Shown here one piece after another: positions 6,342 through 15,249 of a stretch of DNA of 21,090 bases (position 1 is its first letter; each line of letters opens with the position of its first letter). The notes beneath the pieces were generated by a model. The model did no database searches. It worked only from the letters and a program-made list of their open reading frames with translations, and was not told where the DNA came from. The stretch comes from Candidatus Omnitrophota bacterium (GTDB lineage Bacteria > Omnitrophota > Gorgyraeia > JABMRG01 > JAFGKX01). The stretch covers positions 336,809 through 357,898 of the forward strand of contig CP070655.1 of assembly GCA_020354945.1 (NCBI GenBank), written 5' to 3'. The position numbers and the translations under genes were made by a program.

Positions 6342-8975
6342 TTAGGGTTTGCCAAAATTTACCTGTATCGGATGAATGCCTGGAAAGGTTTTACTTCTGG
6401 GCCAGGCCCGAAATGCCCCTTTTATTACTACAGGGACAAGAGGGATATTTAGCTCTTTAGAAAGTATTCCCACCCCTTTTTTAAATTTTTTCATCTTTCC
6501 ATCAATAGGCCTTTCGCCCTCTGGAAAGACACAAAGGCTCCTCTTATGCCTTAACACATAAGATGCTGCGCACATTGCAGGGAGGAGGTCTTTTGCTGTG
6601 TCTACTGGTATAATCTTCCCTGCCTTTATTGTATTTCTTATTATTGGGACCTCAAAATACCCCCTGAATCCCATAAAATAAAGATTAAGTTCGCTCTTAA
6701 ATGCAACTGACGCAGCTACTAAAAATGCATCATAATAACTAGTGTGGTTTACGCAAAGTATGTAAGGCCCCTGCTCTGGTATGTTTTCCCTGCCGTATAT
6801 TCTCAATTTATAAAAGACTCTAAAATAGGCATATATCAGCTTAACCACTAAAAATGTCAATATCTTTATATGAACCGCTGGGGCAATTTCTATCTTGTTA
6901 AGTAACGTAACGGGCGGAAGCTTTTTAATCGACTCTTCCCAAAACTTCTTTTCGACAATAACCGGCTTTTCTAAAATTTCTTCGGAAGGAATCCGTTTTG
7001 TTAAATTCTTTACTCCTTCTACAGCATCTTTTAATGTGAACCATCCTGCTGCTGTTTTTTGAGGTATGGTTATATTAAATGCTTCTTCAAGCATGCTCAA
7101 TAACTCGATTCTACCTAAAGAATCCAGTCCCAGCCCTAATTCAAGACTATCACCGGGTCGTATTTCGCCTTCAAATTTTCTCTCCGACTCCATATAATTA
7201 ATAATCGTCTTAAATACAGGATGTTGCATAACTATCCTTTCCCATTCCGTCAGAGGTGCAGGTTTTCTATATACTTTTACCTGATATAACCTTTTGAATG
7301 CATCATGGGCTTTATATCTTTTAATCTTTCCTAAGCGCGTCTTAGGCAATTCCTCCAAACTTATCCTGAAATCTGTTATTCTTGTATGGGGGGCTGTTGC
7401 TTTAGATAAATCCTCTATTTTTCCACGTATAACTCTGTCAATATCTGTTTCTCCAAAACGCCTAAATGTATCCATATCCGGTATTACCAGCGCAAATATG
7501 CCTGTCTCTGATTTCCCAAATGCAGCAGGATCAAAAACACATATCTCCTTTATAAATTCAGACCTTTTATAATAGGCCTCGATGTCTTCAGGATATATAT
7601 TTTTGCCGGAACTTAGAACTATTAGTTCCTTTTTTCTTCCGGTAATAAAAACATAACCGTCTTCGTCCTTATAACCTAGATCACCCGAGTAGAACCAGCC
7701 CTGTCTTATTACCTCCTTAGTCTGCTCTGGTTTTTTGTAATAGCCGCTCATAACATTTTCGCCTTTAATCAATATCTCGCCTATGCCGGAAGGCGAAGGC
7801 TCCTCTATTTTTACCTCAACGCCATCTATTGGGATACCGGCAGAGCCGATTTTGGGTTTGCTTATAGGATTAAAAGTTACGACAGGCGAAGTTTCTGTCA
7901 AGCCATAGCCTTCTAATACTGTAAAACCCAATTTAAAAAGCCCTTTTGCGACAACGGGGTCAAGCCTTGCGCCTCCGGATGCAAAAAATCGGAGTTCTTT
8001 ACCAAAAACACTGTGTATTTTTGCAAATAAAAATTTCGATAAATTCAGCCCTGTTTTTTTTCGCAGCAACCAAAGCAGTTCTGATATCGCTTTTATAAAA
8101 ATTCGCAATAATATATTGATAGAACTTATCTTTTGAGCTATCTTTTTATATATCATAGCAAAAAGTTCGGGCACTCCCACAAAAATGGTAGCTCTGTTAT
8201 CTTTCATCGAACTGAGTAAGTCTTCCCCTTTGAGCGACGGGGTAAATATCACCGATGCCCCTGTTAAAAGCGGCAAAACCAAGTTGATCATAAATGGATA
8301 AGAATGAAAAAGCGGCAGGCAACATACCATTTTATCTTTTTCTGTGCATAGCCCTGTTAAATTTATGGAATCGAAATCTGAAATAAAGTTTTTGTGGGTA
8401 AGGATAACACCTTTAGCAGCCGCAGTTGTGCCAGAGGTGTAGAGCAAGGATGCAATATCTGTAAAAAGGGGACTGTCAACGGTAGGGGTCAGACCCTGGG
8501 AATGGCTATTTCTTTCCAGGGGCCTGACTGCAAACCTTTTCAAATTCAGTGGTTCTATAGCGGGCTTTAATCTATCAAAAATATCATCTGATATAAATAC
8601 TCCGCAGGCCTCACTATCAATTAATATGTTTTTTATATTTTCAGATGAGTCCTGAACATCAATAGGGACAGCGATGCATCCTGAATAGATAACAGAAAAA
8701 TAGGCAATTGCCCATTCCGGAGAATTTCCGAGAATAATTGCGATTTTAGATTTATCCGTCGGCCTACTCTGGACCCCTCCCCGAGAGACCCTGGGCGAAT
8801 GCGAGGGACTGGCTATGCCGTTCTGGATAATATAACTTGCTGTAGATTTTATTCTTTTATAAAAGCCGTCATACGATAAACTCCTCCAGGTTGTGCCATC
8901 AAAATATATGATGGCCCTTTTATCGGGTAAACGTTTAACTACTTTTTCTAAGCGGGAACACAGTGTATCAGCCAT
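6342..8975 (-). CDS. Long-chain acyl-CoA synthetase (AMP-binding) - acyl carrier - PlsC acyltransferase fusion; probably truncated by an in-frame TAA, natural end ~6240
   Basis: YTSGTT, EGYGLTETSP, SGDLG, GRKKELIV..GKNIYPEDIE, KTRLGK (adenylation); LGLDSLGRIEL (phosphopantetheine Ser); NHTSYYD and FPEGER (PlsC). Confidence 0.92.
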   Translation of the reverse strand: MADTLCSRLEKVVKRLPDKRAIIYFDGTTWRSLSYDGFYKRIKSTASYIIQNGIASPSHSPRVSRGGVQSRPTDKSKIAIILGNSPEWAIAYFSVIYSGCIAVPIDVQDSSENIKNILIDSEACGVFISDDIFDRLKPAIEPLNLKRFAVRPLERNSHSQGLTPTVDSPLFTDIASLLYTSGTTAAAKGVILTHKNFISDFDSINLTGLCTEKDKMVCCLPLFHSYPFMINLVLPLLTGASVIFTPSLKGEDLLSSMKDNRATIFVGVPELFAMIYKKIAQKISSINILLRIFIKAISELLWLLRKKTGLNLSKFLFAKIHSVFGKELRFFASGGARLDPVVAKGLFKLGFTVLEGYGLTETSPVVTFNPISKPKIGSAGIPIDGVEVKIEEPSPSGIGEILIKGENVMSGYYKKPEQTKEVIRQGWFYSGDLGYKDEDGYVFITGRKKELIVLSSGKNIYPEDIEAYYKRSEFIKEICVFDPAAFGKSETGIFALVIPDMDTFRRFGETDIDRVIRGKIEDLSKATAPHTRITDFRISLEELPKTRLGKIKRYKAHDAFKRLYQVKVYRKPAPLTEWERIVMQHPVFKTIINYMESERKFEGEIRPGDSLELGLGLDSLGRIELLSMLEEAFNITIPQKTAAGWFTLKDAVEGVKNLTKRIPSEEILEKPVIVEKKFWEESIKKLPPVTLLNKIEIAPAVHIKILTFLVVKLIYAYFRVFYKLRIYGRENIPEQGPYILCVNHTSYYDAFLVAASVAFKSELNLYFMGFRGYFEVPIIRNTIKAGKIIPVDTAKDLLPAMCAASYVLRHKRSLCVFPEGERPIDGKMKKFKKGVGILSKELNIPLVPVVIKGAFRAWPRSKTFPGIHPIQVNFGKP
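8466..8528. repeat. REP-like palindrome within the coding sequence
   Basis: AGGGGACTGTC then GGGGTCAGACCC; arms GTCAGACCCTGGGAA(8488-8502)/TTCCAGGGGCCTGAC(8514-8528). Related to the 16703 and 19682 elements. Confidence 0.6.
8757..8813. repeat. GC-rich REP-like insert within the coding sequence
   Basis: Encodes ASPSHSPRVSRGGVQSRPT between NGI and DKSKIAI. 8788-8807 matches 1591-1610 at 14/20, all differences transitions. Confidence 0.55.
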
Positions 8976-10435
8976 CAGGCTAATAACTCCTTCGGAAAAA
9001 TATTATCTAAACCCAATATGCACGCAGGGTCTAAGGCCTTTTTCAAGTTTACCATTTCGGCAATTCCACCTTCACCATACATAAGCTTAAGATAATCATG
9101 CTTTATTTTACCTATGCCATGTTCGGCAGTGACAGTGCCTCCTAAGATAATAGCCTTTTTAACAAATTGCATATAAATATCTCCAGCTTTATTTTGCTTT
9201 GTTTCGTCTTTGGGCAACATATTTACATGAAGGTGGCTATTGCCTATATGCCCGAATATAAGATAATCTATGCCGGAATTCGCAAGACTTGCTTTATAAA
9301 ACGAAAGCATCTCATCTAATTTCTCATCGGGAACTGCAATATCAGTACCGACTTTAATCCGGTTAGTCTTTTTTATAATCTCATTTACGGTATCCGGCAC
9401 ATCATGCCTGAAATCATGAAATCTGTCTCTTTCCTTCTTTGTCTGGCCAAACCAGGTTTTATCTAAATTGACTTTATGTTTTTCCATCAAAGATGTCCAA
9501 TCTGCGATTAATTTATCTTCATTATCTTCAGTTGTAATCTGCTCAAAAAAGCACGCCGTCTTAATATCTTTTGGGATTTCCGGATGTTTGCTGCGTATAA
9601 GACTTAAGGAATTTTCATCAAAATATTCTAATGACATAGCGTCCATAGCCTTTTTCGCCTCATATATAAATTGTAAACAATCTTCATCATTTGCAAAAAA
9701 GGCATAGCAATCAAATATACCGTCGGGCTTATTTAAAAGATTTAATTCGACTTCGGTTATGACGCCCAATGTTCCGTCCTGTCCGATAAAGAAATCTATT
9801 GCATCCATTCCGGGTTTTGAGTAATAGCCGGCAGCATTTTTTGTATCGGGCATTTTGTATGCAGGGATATTTACCTTTATGGTTCCCCCTGATGTAAGTG
9901 GTATTTCTAAAATGCCTTTTTTATCTGCGAAAATTTTGCCTCTTTTAATATCTACAATATTTCCCGAAGATAGAATTATCCTTAATCTCCTAACATAATC
10001 CCTAACGGCTCCAAATTTAAAGGTCCTGGCTCCTGATGCGCCTGTAGCAACATTGGCGCCAATAAATGCACTCTTTTCTGTAGAGTCAGGCGGATAAAAT
10101 AAACCATTTTTTTCTGCTTCGTTTAAGAAATCCTCTAAAGGGACACCTGCCTGAATAACTGCCCTGCCTCTCGCACCATGCTTTTCTATAGAAATTATTT
10201 TATTGAATTTTTCAAGAGAAAGCACAATGCCGCCAAATGGTATGCGCCCGCCTGTAACGCCTGTGCCCGCTCCTGATATTGTAACTGGGGTTTTCTTCCG
10301 GCTGGCCTCTTTTAGTAAATTTATAATTTCTGATTCTGTCTCAGGAATTGCTACTGCCTCTGCAAAACCGCCTTTTAAGTTGGAATAGTCTTCCAGATAT
10401 GAAGCTATTATATCTTTGTCTTTTTTGATTAGCAT
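8975..10435 (-). CDS. FAD-linked oxidoreductase (GlcD/D-lactate dehydrogenase/VAO family)
   Basis: GAGTGVTGG, YPPDSTE, IGANVATGASG, GQDGTLGVITE, FGHIGNSHLHVN, AEHGIGKIK, KKALDP motifs; TGATG overlap with the downstream fusion gene. Confidence 0.92.
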   Translation of the reverse strand: MLIKKDKDIIASYLEDYSNLKGGFAEAVAIPETESEIINLLKEASRKKTPVTISGAGTGVTGGRIPFGGIVLSLEKFNKIISIEKHGARGRAVIQAGVPLEDFLNEAEKNGLFYPPDSTEKSAFIGANVATGASGARTFKFGAVRDYVRRLRIILSSGNIVDIKRGKIFADKKGILEIPLTSGGTIKVNIPAYKMPDTKNAAGYYSKPGMDAIDFFIGQDGTLGVITEVELNLLNKPDGIFDCYAFFANDEDCLQFIYEAKKAMDAMSLEYFDENSLSLIRSKHPEIPKDIKTACFFEQITTEDNEDKLIADWTSLMEKHKVNLDKTWFGQTKKERDRFHDFRHDVPDTVNEIIKKTNRIKVGTDIAVPDEKLDEMLSFYKASLANSGIDYLIFGHIGNSHLHVNMLPKDETKQNKAGDIYMQFVKKAIILGGTVTAEHGIGKIKHDYLKLMYGEGGIAEMVNLKKALDPACILGLDNIFPKELLA

Positions 10436-10442
10436 AGATAAA

Positions 10443-10471
10443 ATTATACACTAAAATATTACCCTGTCCAA
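10443..10471 (-). promoter_or_regulatory. Sigma70-type promoter, probably leaderless, for the FAD oxidoreductase
   Basis: Minus strand (T)TGGACA-16/17 nt-TATAAT; ATG follows 7 nt after the -10 with no SD. Confidence 0.6.
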
Positions 10472-10518
10472 TGATAAAATAAATCCGCATCTGCAATCTG
10501 GATGCGGGGTTTCACTCC

Positions 10519-10563
10519 AAAAAAAAGGGCCCATCGGCAAAAGAGAAAAACCAACAGGCCCCT
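10519..10563 (-). terminator. Intrinsic terminator
   Basis: Minus strand AGGGGCCTGTTGG/CCGATGGGCCCTT 13-bp stem (G.U pairs valid only on the minus strand) running into a U8 tract. Confidence 0.75.
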
Positions 10564-10590
10564 CTCGGTGGGCTTATTTAATTTAGCAAG
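10519..10590 (-). ncRNA. Candidate ~70-nt small RNA or attenuator leader
   Basis: Bounded by a promoter at 10596-10624 and the terminator at 10519-10563; no ORF in this orientation. Confidence 0.4.
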
Positions 10591-10595
10591 TGTGA

Positions 10596-10624
10596 ATATT
10601 ACCACATACCCCAAAAAAATGCAA
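10596..10624 (-). promoter_or_regulatory. Sigma70-type promoter with extended -10
   Basis: Minus strand TTGCAT-17 nt-TAATAT with TG-n immediately before the -10 and an A-tract upstream. Confidence 0.6.
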
Positions 10625-10633
10625 GCATTTTTT

Positions 10634-13600
10634 TTAATTTTTGCTGCTATTGTTGCTCTTCTGAATAGATGCCTTTATCAGGCTGGTATGGTGGGTTATT
10701 TTGAGCGTAATCTCGTCTAGAATTATATAGCAACAGGGAAGCATTAAAAGCGTCCAGACTGAGCCTATTATCAAGCCCCAGGATATTGCCAGGGCCATTG
10801 GCCTTAAGAATGGGTCAAATCCTCCTATTCCATAAGCAGTGGGCATAAGGCCAAACGCAGTGGTTATAGTGGTTAAGATAACCGGACGAAACCTAACACG
10901 ACATGCGTTTAGCACAGCGGTTCTGCGATCCACTCCTTTTAAACGCACTTTGTTTATAAAATCCATCATAACTATAGAATCATTAACAACAATTCCTACC
11001 AGGCCTATTATACCCATAAGCGCCAGGAAACTCCAGCTTACACCATGAAGTAAGAATGCTATTATAACACCTATAACCCCAAAAGGTATGGCTAACATCA
11101 CAATAAAGGGCTGAACCAGCGAACGAAATTGGGTTGCCAATATAACGTAAATCATAAAAAAGGCCAGCATCATTGCCCTGAATAAACTCTTTAGAGACTT
11201 TACGTTTTCCTCATGCTCGCCGCCGAATCTTAAGTTATACCCCAGGTATTCTTTAGATATATCCTTAAATTTTTTGGCAATCAAAGTATTCGCTTTAAAT
11301 GAGGTGATGTTTTTATTATCCACACCGCCGGTTACCTTTATTATCCTCTCGCCGTCAAGATGACGAATCTGTGATAAACTTTTGACTTCTTTTATCTCGG
11401 CTACTCGATTAAGCGGAATGAGTTTGCCCGCTATATTCGGTATTAATAGTTTATTAAAGGCGTCAAAAGTATTTCTTTCTTCTTCCGGAAATCTAACCCG
11501 CACCTCAATCTCTTCTTCTGCTTTAGGCAATCTTATTTTTGTTGCCAGGCCTCCTTCAAAGGCGTTTCTTATAGATGATGCTATTCTGTTTACTGTAAGT
11601 CCTGCCTCCCTTGCCTTATCTTTGTCTATCTCTATACGTGCTTCAAGCTTGTCAACTTTATAGCTGTCTGCTATATCTGATACACCTTTTAGGCTTCTTA
11701 AAAATTCTTTTAGATTTTCTTTTATCTCCTCCAGTGTCCCGAAATCTTCGCCTCTGACATTAACCGCGACAGCTTTGCCGGTCGGCGGCCCTTCTTTAAA
11801 CATATGTAAATACAGTTTCTCGAAACCTAACTCTTTCTCCAATTTTTTTAAAGATGGCCTTAGCGAATCGGCAATCTGATAAGAATCCCTTTTTCTTTTT
11901 TGCAGCGGCGTAAGATAAACTTCTATCTGGGCATAATTTGAGCCGTATTTTGCGTGCGGGTCATGGCCTCTTTCTTCTCCAATGGAACCGACAGATGCAG
12001 TATAGGCATCTAATTCTTTTTCGGGTATATTAGAAACTAATTCCTCAACCGGCTCCAGCATCTTTGCCGTAACTTTTAACGGAGTGCCTCCGGAGGATTC
12101 AGCCCTTATCTGAAACTGTTCAACGCCTCTTGCAGACCACATCACCAGAGGAATAAATCGGGACCCTATAAAAAAGAATAATACCATAATGAAGGTTGCT
12201 ATGGTTACGGAAAGATATTTTCTATTTAGAATTTTGGTAAGCACATTGGAATATTTCGAAGACATCAAATTCAACCATCGCATTTTTCTCTTATGGCTTT
12301 TTGTTTCCAGCTTTGGCTTTATAAAATCGGCTAAATGCGAAGGTAATATAATAAAGGCCTCTAATAACGAAGCGGCGAGGGCTATTATCACTACCTGCGG
12401 TATTGCCTTAACAAACTTGCCTATCATCCCTGTCATAAACATCAAGGGGCTAAAAGCGGCAATTGTTGTCAATATAGTCGATAAAACCGGGAGCATAACC
12501 TCTGTAGTGCCTTTTACCGCTGCTTCTCTGGGTGGAGTACCGGCTTCTATATAACGATATGTATTTTCTGATATAATTATTCCGTCATCCACTATCAAAC
12601 CAACCATGATTATCAAACCAAACATGGAGATAAGATTTATTGTAAGCCCCATAAAGCTCATTATGCAAAAAGTAGCCAGAAATGCTATCGGAATCCCGAG
12701 CGCAGTCATTGTAGCAGTGGAAGGGTTTAAGAATAAATAAAGCGAACAGAGCACCAGCACAAAACCAATGATACCGTTTGTCCGGAGCACGTTTAATCTT
12801 CTTTTGATATAATAAGAAAGGTCATATATTAAGTCTATTTTTAATTCCCCGCCGGAGGTTGCTTTTATTTGTTTTATCTTTTCATCGATTCTATCTTTCA
12901 TGCGAATTGCGTCTGCCTTCTCCTTTTTTAATATAGTAAGTACGATGGATCTTTTGCCTCTGGCTTTATAGATTATATCCTCATCTTCAAAAGCATCCAC
13001 AACCTGCGCAACATCTTTTACTCTTAAGGATATCCCGGCGTTGTTTGTCCTTATTATGATATCCTCAATTTCTTTAATTGTAAAAAATTCTCCTGTTGTG
13101 CGTATGCTAAATTCTCCTTCACTAGTTCGAATCTTCCCTCCGGAAATAGCAATGTTTCTGCCTGCTAAAGCATCCATTATCTCTTCTATAGAGACATAAT
13201 ATTCCTTCAGTTTGTCAGGGGCAACTACTACCCATATCTCTTTGTCTCTGTAGCCAACCTTGATTACCTTTGCTACGCCTGGCAACTCCAGCATCTCATC
13301 CTCTAAAGAATCTGCGTATTGCTGTAATTCTACCTCGGTCATATCGCCGCTTAAGGCAAGTTTTAACATCGGTATATTTTTACTTCTTATCTCGACGACC
13401 TTTGACCTTTCAGAGTCTTTTGGTAAATCAGTTATGCTGTCAACGGCTCGCTGTATATCTGTTATGACCCTGTCTTTATCATCTGTGCCGGGGTCTATCC
13501 GGACAACTATGGATGAGACGCCTTCTCTTGACGATGATGTTACCTCATCTATTCCATCTACTTCTTTTAATTCTTTTTCTATAGGTGTGGTTATAAGCTT

Positions 13601-13780
13601 TTCTACCTCTTGTGGCGTGGAACCCCTGTAAACAGTGGTTATCCTGACTACATCAAATGAAACGTTTGGAAAGGCCTCTCTGCTCATCTGGGTTAAAGTA
13701 ACGATGCCTGCGACTATAATAAAAACTGAGAGCAAGTTTACAAAAAGAGAATTTCTTACTGAAAATCTGGCTAAGTTCAT
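10634..13780 (-). CDS. RND efflux transporter permease (AcrB/AcrD/AcrF family)
   Basis: 1048 aa; EVEKLITTPIEKEL, GLIVDDGIIISEN (TM4 Asp pair), GIVVNDSIV, RFRPVILTTITT; two large periplasmic loops. Confidence 0.96.
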   Translation of the reverse strand: MNLARFSVRNSLFVNLLSVFIIVAGIVTLTQMSREAFPNVSFDVVRITTVYRGSTPQEVEKLITTPIEKELKEVDGIDEVTSSSREGVSSIVVRIDPGTDDKDRVITDIQRAVDSITDLPKDSERSKVVEIRSKNIPMLKLALSGDMTEVELQQYADSLEDEMLELPGVAKVIKVGYRDKEIWVVVAPDKLKEYYVSIEEIMDALAGRNIAISGGKIRTSEGEFSIRTTGEFFTIKEIEDIIIRTNNAGISLRVKDVAQVVDAFEDEDIIYKARGKRSIVLTILKKEKADAIRMKDRIDEKIKQIKATSGGELKIDLIYDLSYYIKRRLNVLRTNGIIGFVLVLCSLYLFLNPSTATMTALGIPIAFLATFCIMSFMGLTINLISMFGLIIMVGLIVDDGIIISENTYRYIEAGTPPREAAVKGTTEVMLPVLSTILTTIAAFSPLMFMTGMIGKFVKAIPQVVIIALAASLLEAFIILPSHLADFIKPKLETKSHKRKMRWLNLMSSKYSNVLTKILNRKYLSVTIATFIMVLFFFIGSRFIPLVMWSARGVEQFQIRAESSGGTPLKVTAKMLEPVEELVSNIPEKELDAYTASVGSIGEERGHDPHAKYGSNYAQIEVYLTPLQKRKRDSYQIADSLRPSLKKLEKELGFEKLYLHMFKEGPPTGKAVAVNVRGEDFGTLEEIKENLKEFLRSLKGVSDIADSYKVDKLEARIEIDKDKAREAGLTVNRIASSIRNAFEGGLATKIRLPKAEEEIEVRVRFPEEERNTFDAFNKLLIPNIAGKLIPLNRVAEIKEVKSLSQIRHLDGERIIKVTGGVDNKNITSFKANTLIAKKFKDISKEYLGYNLRFGGEHEENVKSLKSLFRAMMLAFFMIYVILATQFRSLVQPFIVMLAIPFGVIGVIIAFLLHGVSWSFLALMGIIGLVGIVVNDSIVMMDFINKVRLKGVDRRTAVLNACRVRFRPVILTTITTAFGLMPTAYGIGGFDPFLRPMALAISWGLIIGSVWTLLMLPCCYIILDEITLKITHHTSLIKASIQKSNNSSKN

Positions 13781-15249
13781 GCCTCAACCTCGCTTAACAA
13801 TTCAGCAGTAGTCAGTTTTAAGTCTATCAGCGCTTCATTATACGCATATATTGTATTAAGATAGCTAATCTGAGAATTAAGATAATCTTGCTGATATCTT
13901 ATTAACCTGTCTATATCCGAACGCCCTTTATTAAAACTATCCTGTTCAGCTCTGTATTTACTTTCCTGTAGTTTCATCGCTTCAGACTGATATTCTGCTG
14001 CCTTTTTGCAAGCTTCGCCATAATTTACTACATCATTAACTTCAACAAAAACAGCGCATTCTGTCTTTTTTAAATTTATCAATGCCTGCATCTGTTTCAT
14101 TTGGGCCTGTTTAAACTCAGCGCTTGCCTCTCTGTTTTCTAATGAAAAACTGAATTCAACCCCTATTATATACTCGGGGTTATCCTCTGAAGTTATTTCT
14201 CTGAATGATTTAGTAAATTTGCTATCTATTCCGTTTTTTTTCATTGTTCCGACCAGGTCTATCTGCGGCCATAAAGAATTGCGTTTCATTACCAGAGTCA
14301 ATTTTTTAGATTTTACTTCATTTTTTGCTACCTTATAATCCCTTCTGTTTGCTAATGCTGCAGAAAGACTCCTGTTAAAATCGAACTCTTGCTCTGTGAA
14401 TGTGGGTTCATCTTTTGGAATGATATTTACCTCTTTTGCTAAATTCAATTTAAGCTTGAGGTCATTTATGCAGGCACTCAGTCTATTTTTGGCCAGCACT
14501 AAATCCTTTTGTCTTTCTTTAAGATTTGCTTCCACTGCAAAAAATTCTGCTTTTTCTACCGTTCCCAACTCAAAATTCTTTTTAGTGACTCCGGAAAGTT
14601 TCTGTGCGCTTGAGTGAATCTGGTCTCTTACCCCTACCTCATGATAAGCAAGGACAAGGCGCCAGTATGCCTTCTGGGCCAGGGCTATGGTCTGCTCTAT
14701 CTTTTCTGATGAGGTATAGCCGACGTTTTTTGAATCCAGCGCTGCTACTTTTATGGTATTTCTCGTTTTTATGCCAAAAAAATCTTTTGCTAAAGGCTGG
14801 GTAACTGAAATTTCAGCAGTAGATTCATGGTGTGGATTAAGGATAGCAAAAACAGAATCTGTATATTCCCTTTCATGAGTTAAGCCCATTGACAATATGG
14901 TACCTGCGGGCAATTTTTTTTCCAGGTTCATATCCTGGTAAACTGTTGTTTCCCTCTTTCCGGCAATAGCACTGGAGCGCGCTAGTCTGTCTTCGGTATA
15001 TTTATATTCGCCAGTAAGCTCTGTATCATAAACAGCATAAGATTCGATTAAATCCTGCTCGCCAATTAACCTGTCTAAATTATAAATCTGGATATCAAAA
15101 TTATTACGTAATGCGACTTTTGCAACTTCTTCTGCGTCAAGTAAAATAGTATTCTCCTGAATCTGGGCCGTGCATGGCGGCAGCATCAGCAAGGCGCTAC
15201 ATATATAAACTAAAAATATATATAATATATTAAATAATTTTAACCTCAT
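13777..15249 (-). CDS. TolC-family outer membrane efflux protein
   Basis: Signal peptide, ALRNNFDI, SVTQPL, AYWRL, ALANRRD, LWPQIDL; two-repeat OEP architecture; ATGA overlaps with marR and the RND gene. Confidence 0.92.
   Translation of the reverse strand: MRLKLFNILYIFLVYICSALLMLPPCTAQIQENTILLDAEEVAKVALRNNFDIQIYNLDRLIGEQDLIESYAVYDTELTGEYKYTEDRLARSSAIAGKRETTVYQDMNLEKKLPAGTILSMGLTHEREYTDSVFAILNPHHESTAEISVTQPLAKDFFGIKTRNTIKVAALDSKNVGYTSSEKIEQTIALAQKAYWRLVLAYHEVGVRDQIHSSAQKLSGVTKKNFELGTVEKAEFFAVEANLKERQKDLVLAKNRLSACINDLKLKLNLAKEVNIIPKDEPTFTEQEFDFNRSLSAALANRRDYKVAKNEVKSKKLTLVMKRNSLWPQIDLVGTMKKNGIDSKFTKSFREITSEDNPEYIIGVEFSFSLENREASAEFKQAQMKQMQALINLKKTECAVFVEVNDVVNYGEACKKAAEYQSEAMKLQESKYRAEQDSFNKGRSDIDRLIRYQQDYLNSQISYLNTIYAYNEALIDLKLTTAELLSEVEA

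Noticed and set aside
6342-6344. Alternative genetic code explaining the internal stop
   Set aside because: TAA, TAG and TGA all terminate other clearly complete genes in the window.
10502-10720. + strand 72-aa ORF across the RND/FAD intergenic region
   Set aside because: It overlaps the RND 3' end antisense and runs through terminator and promoter sequence; no coding evidence.
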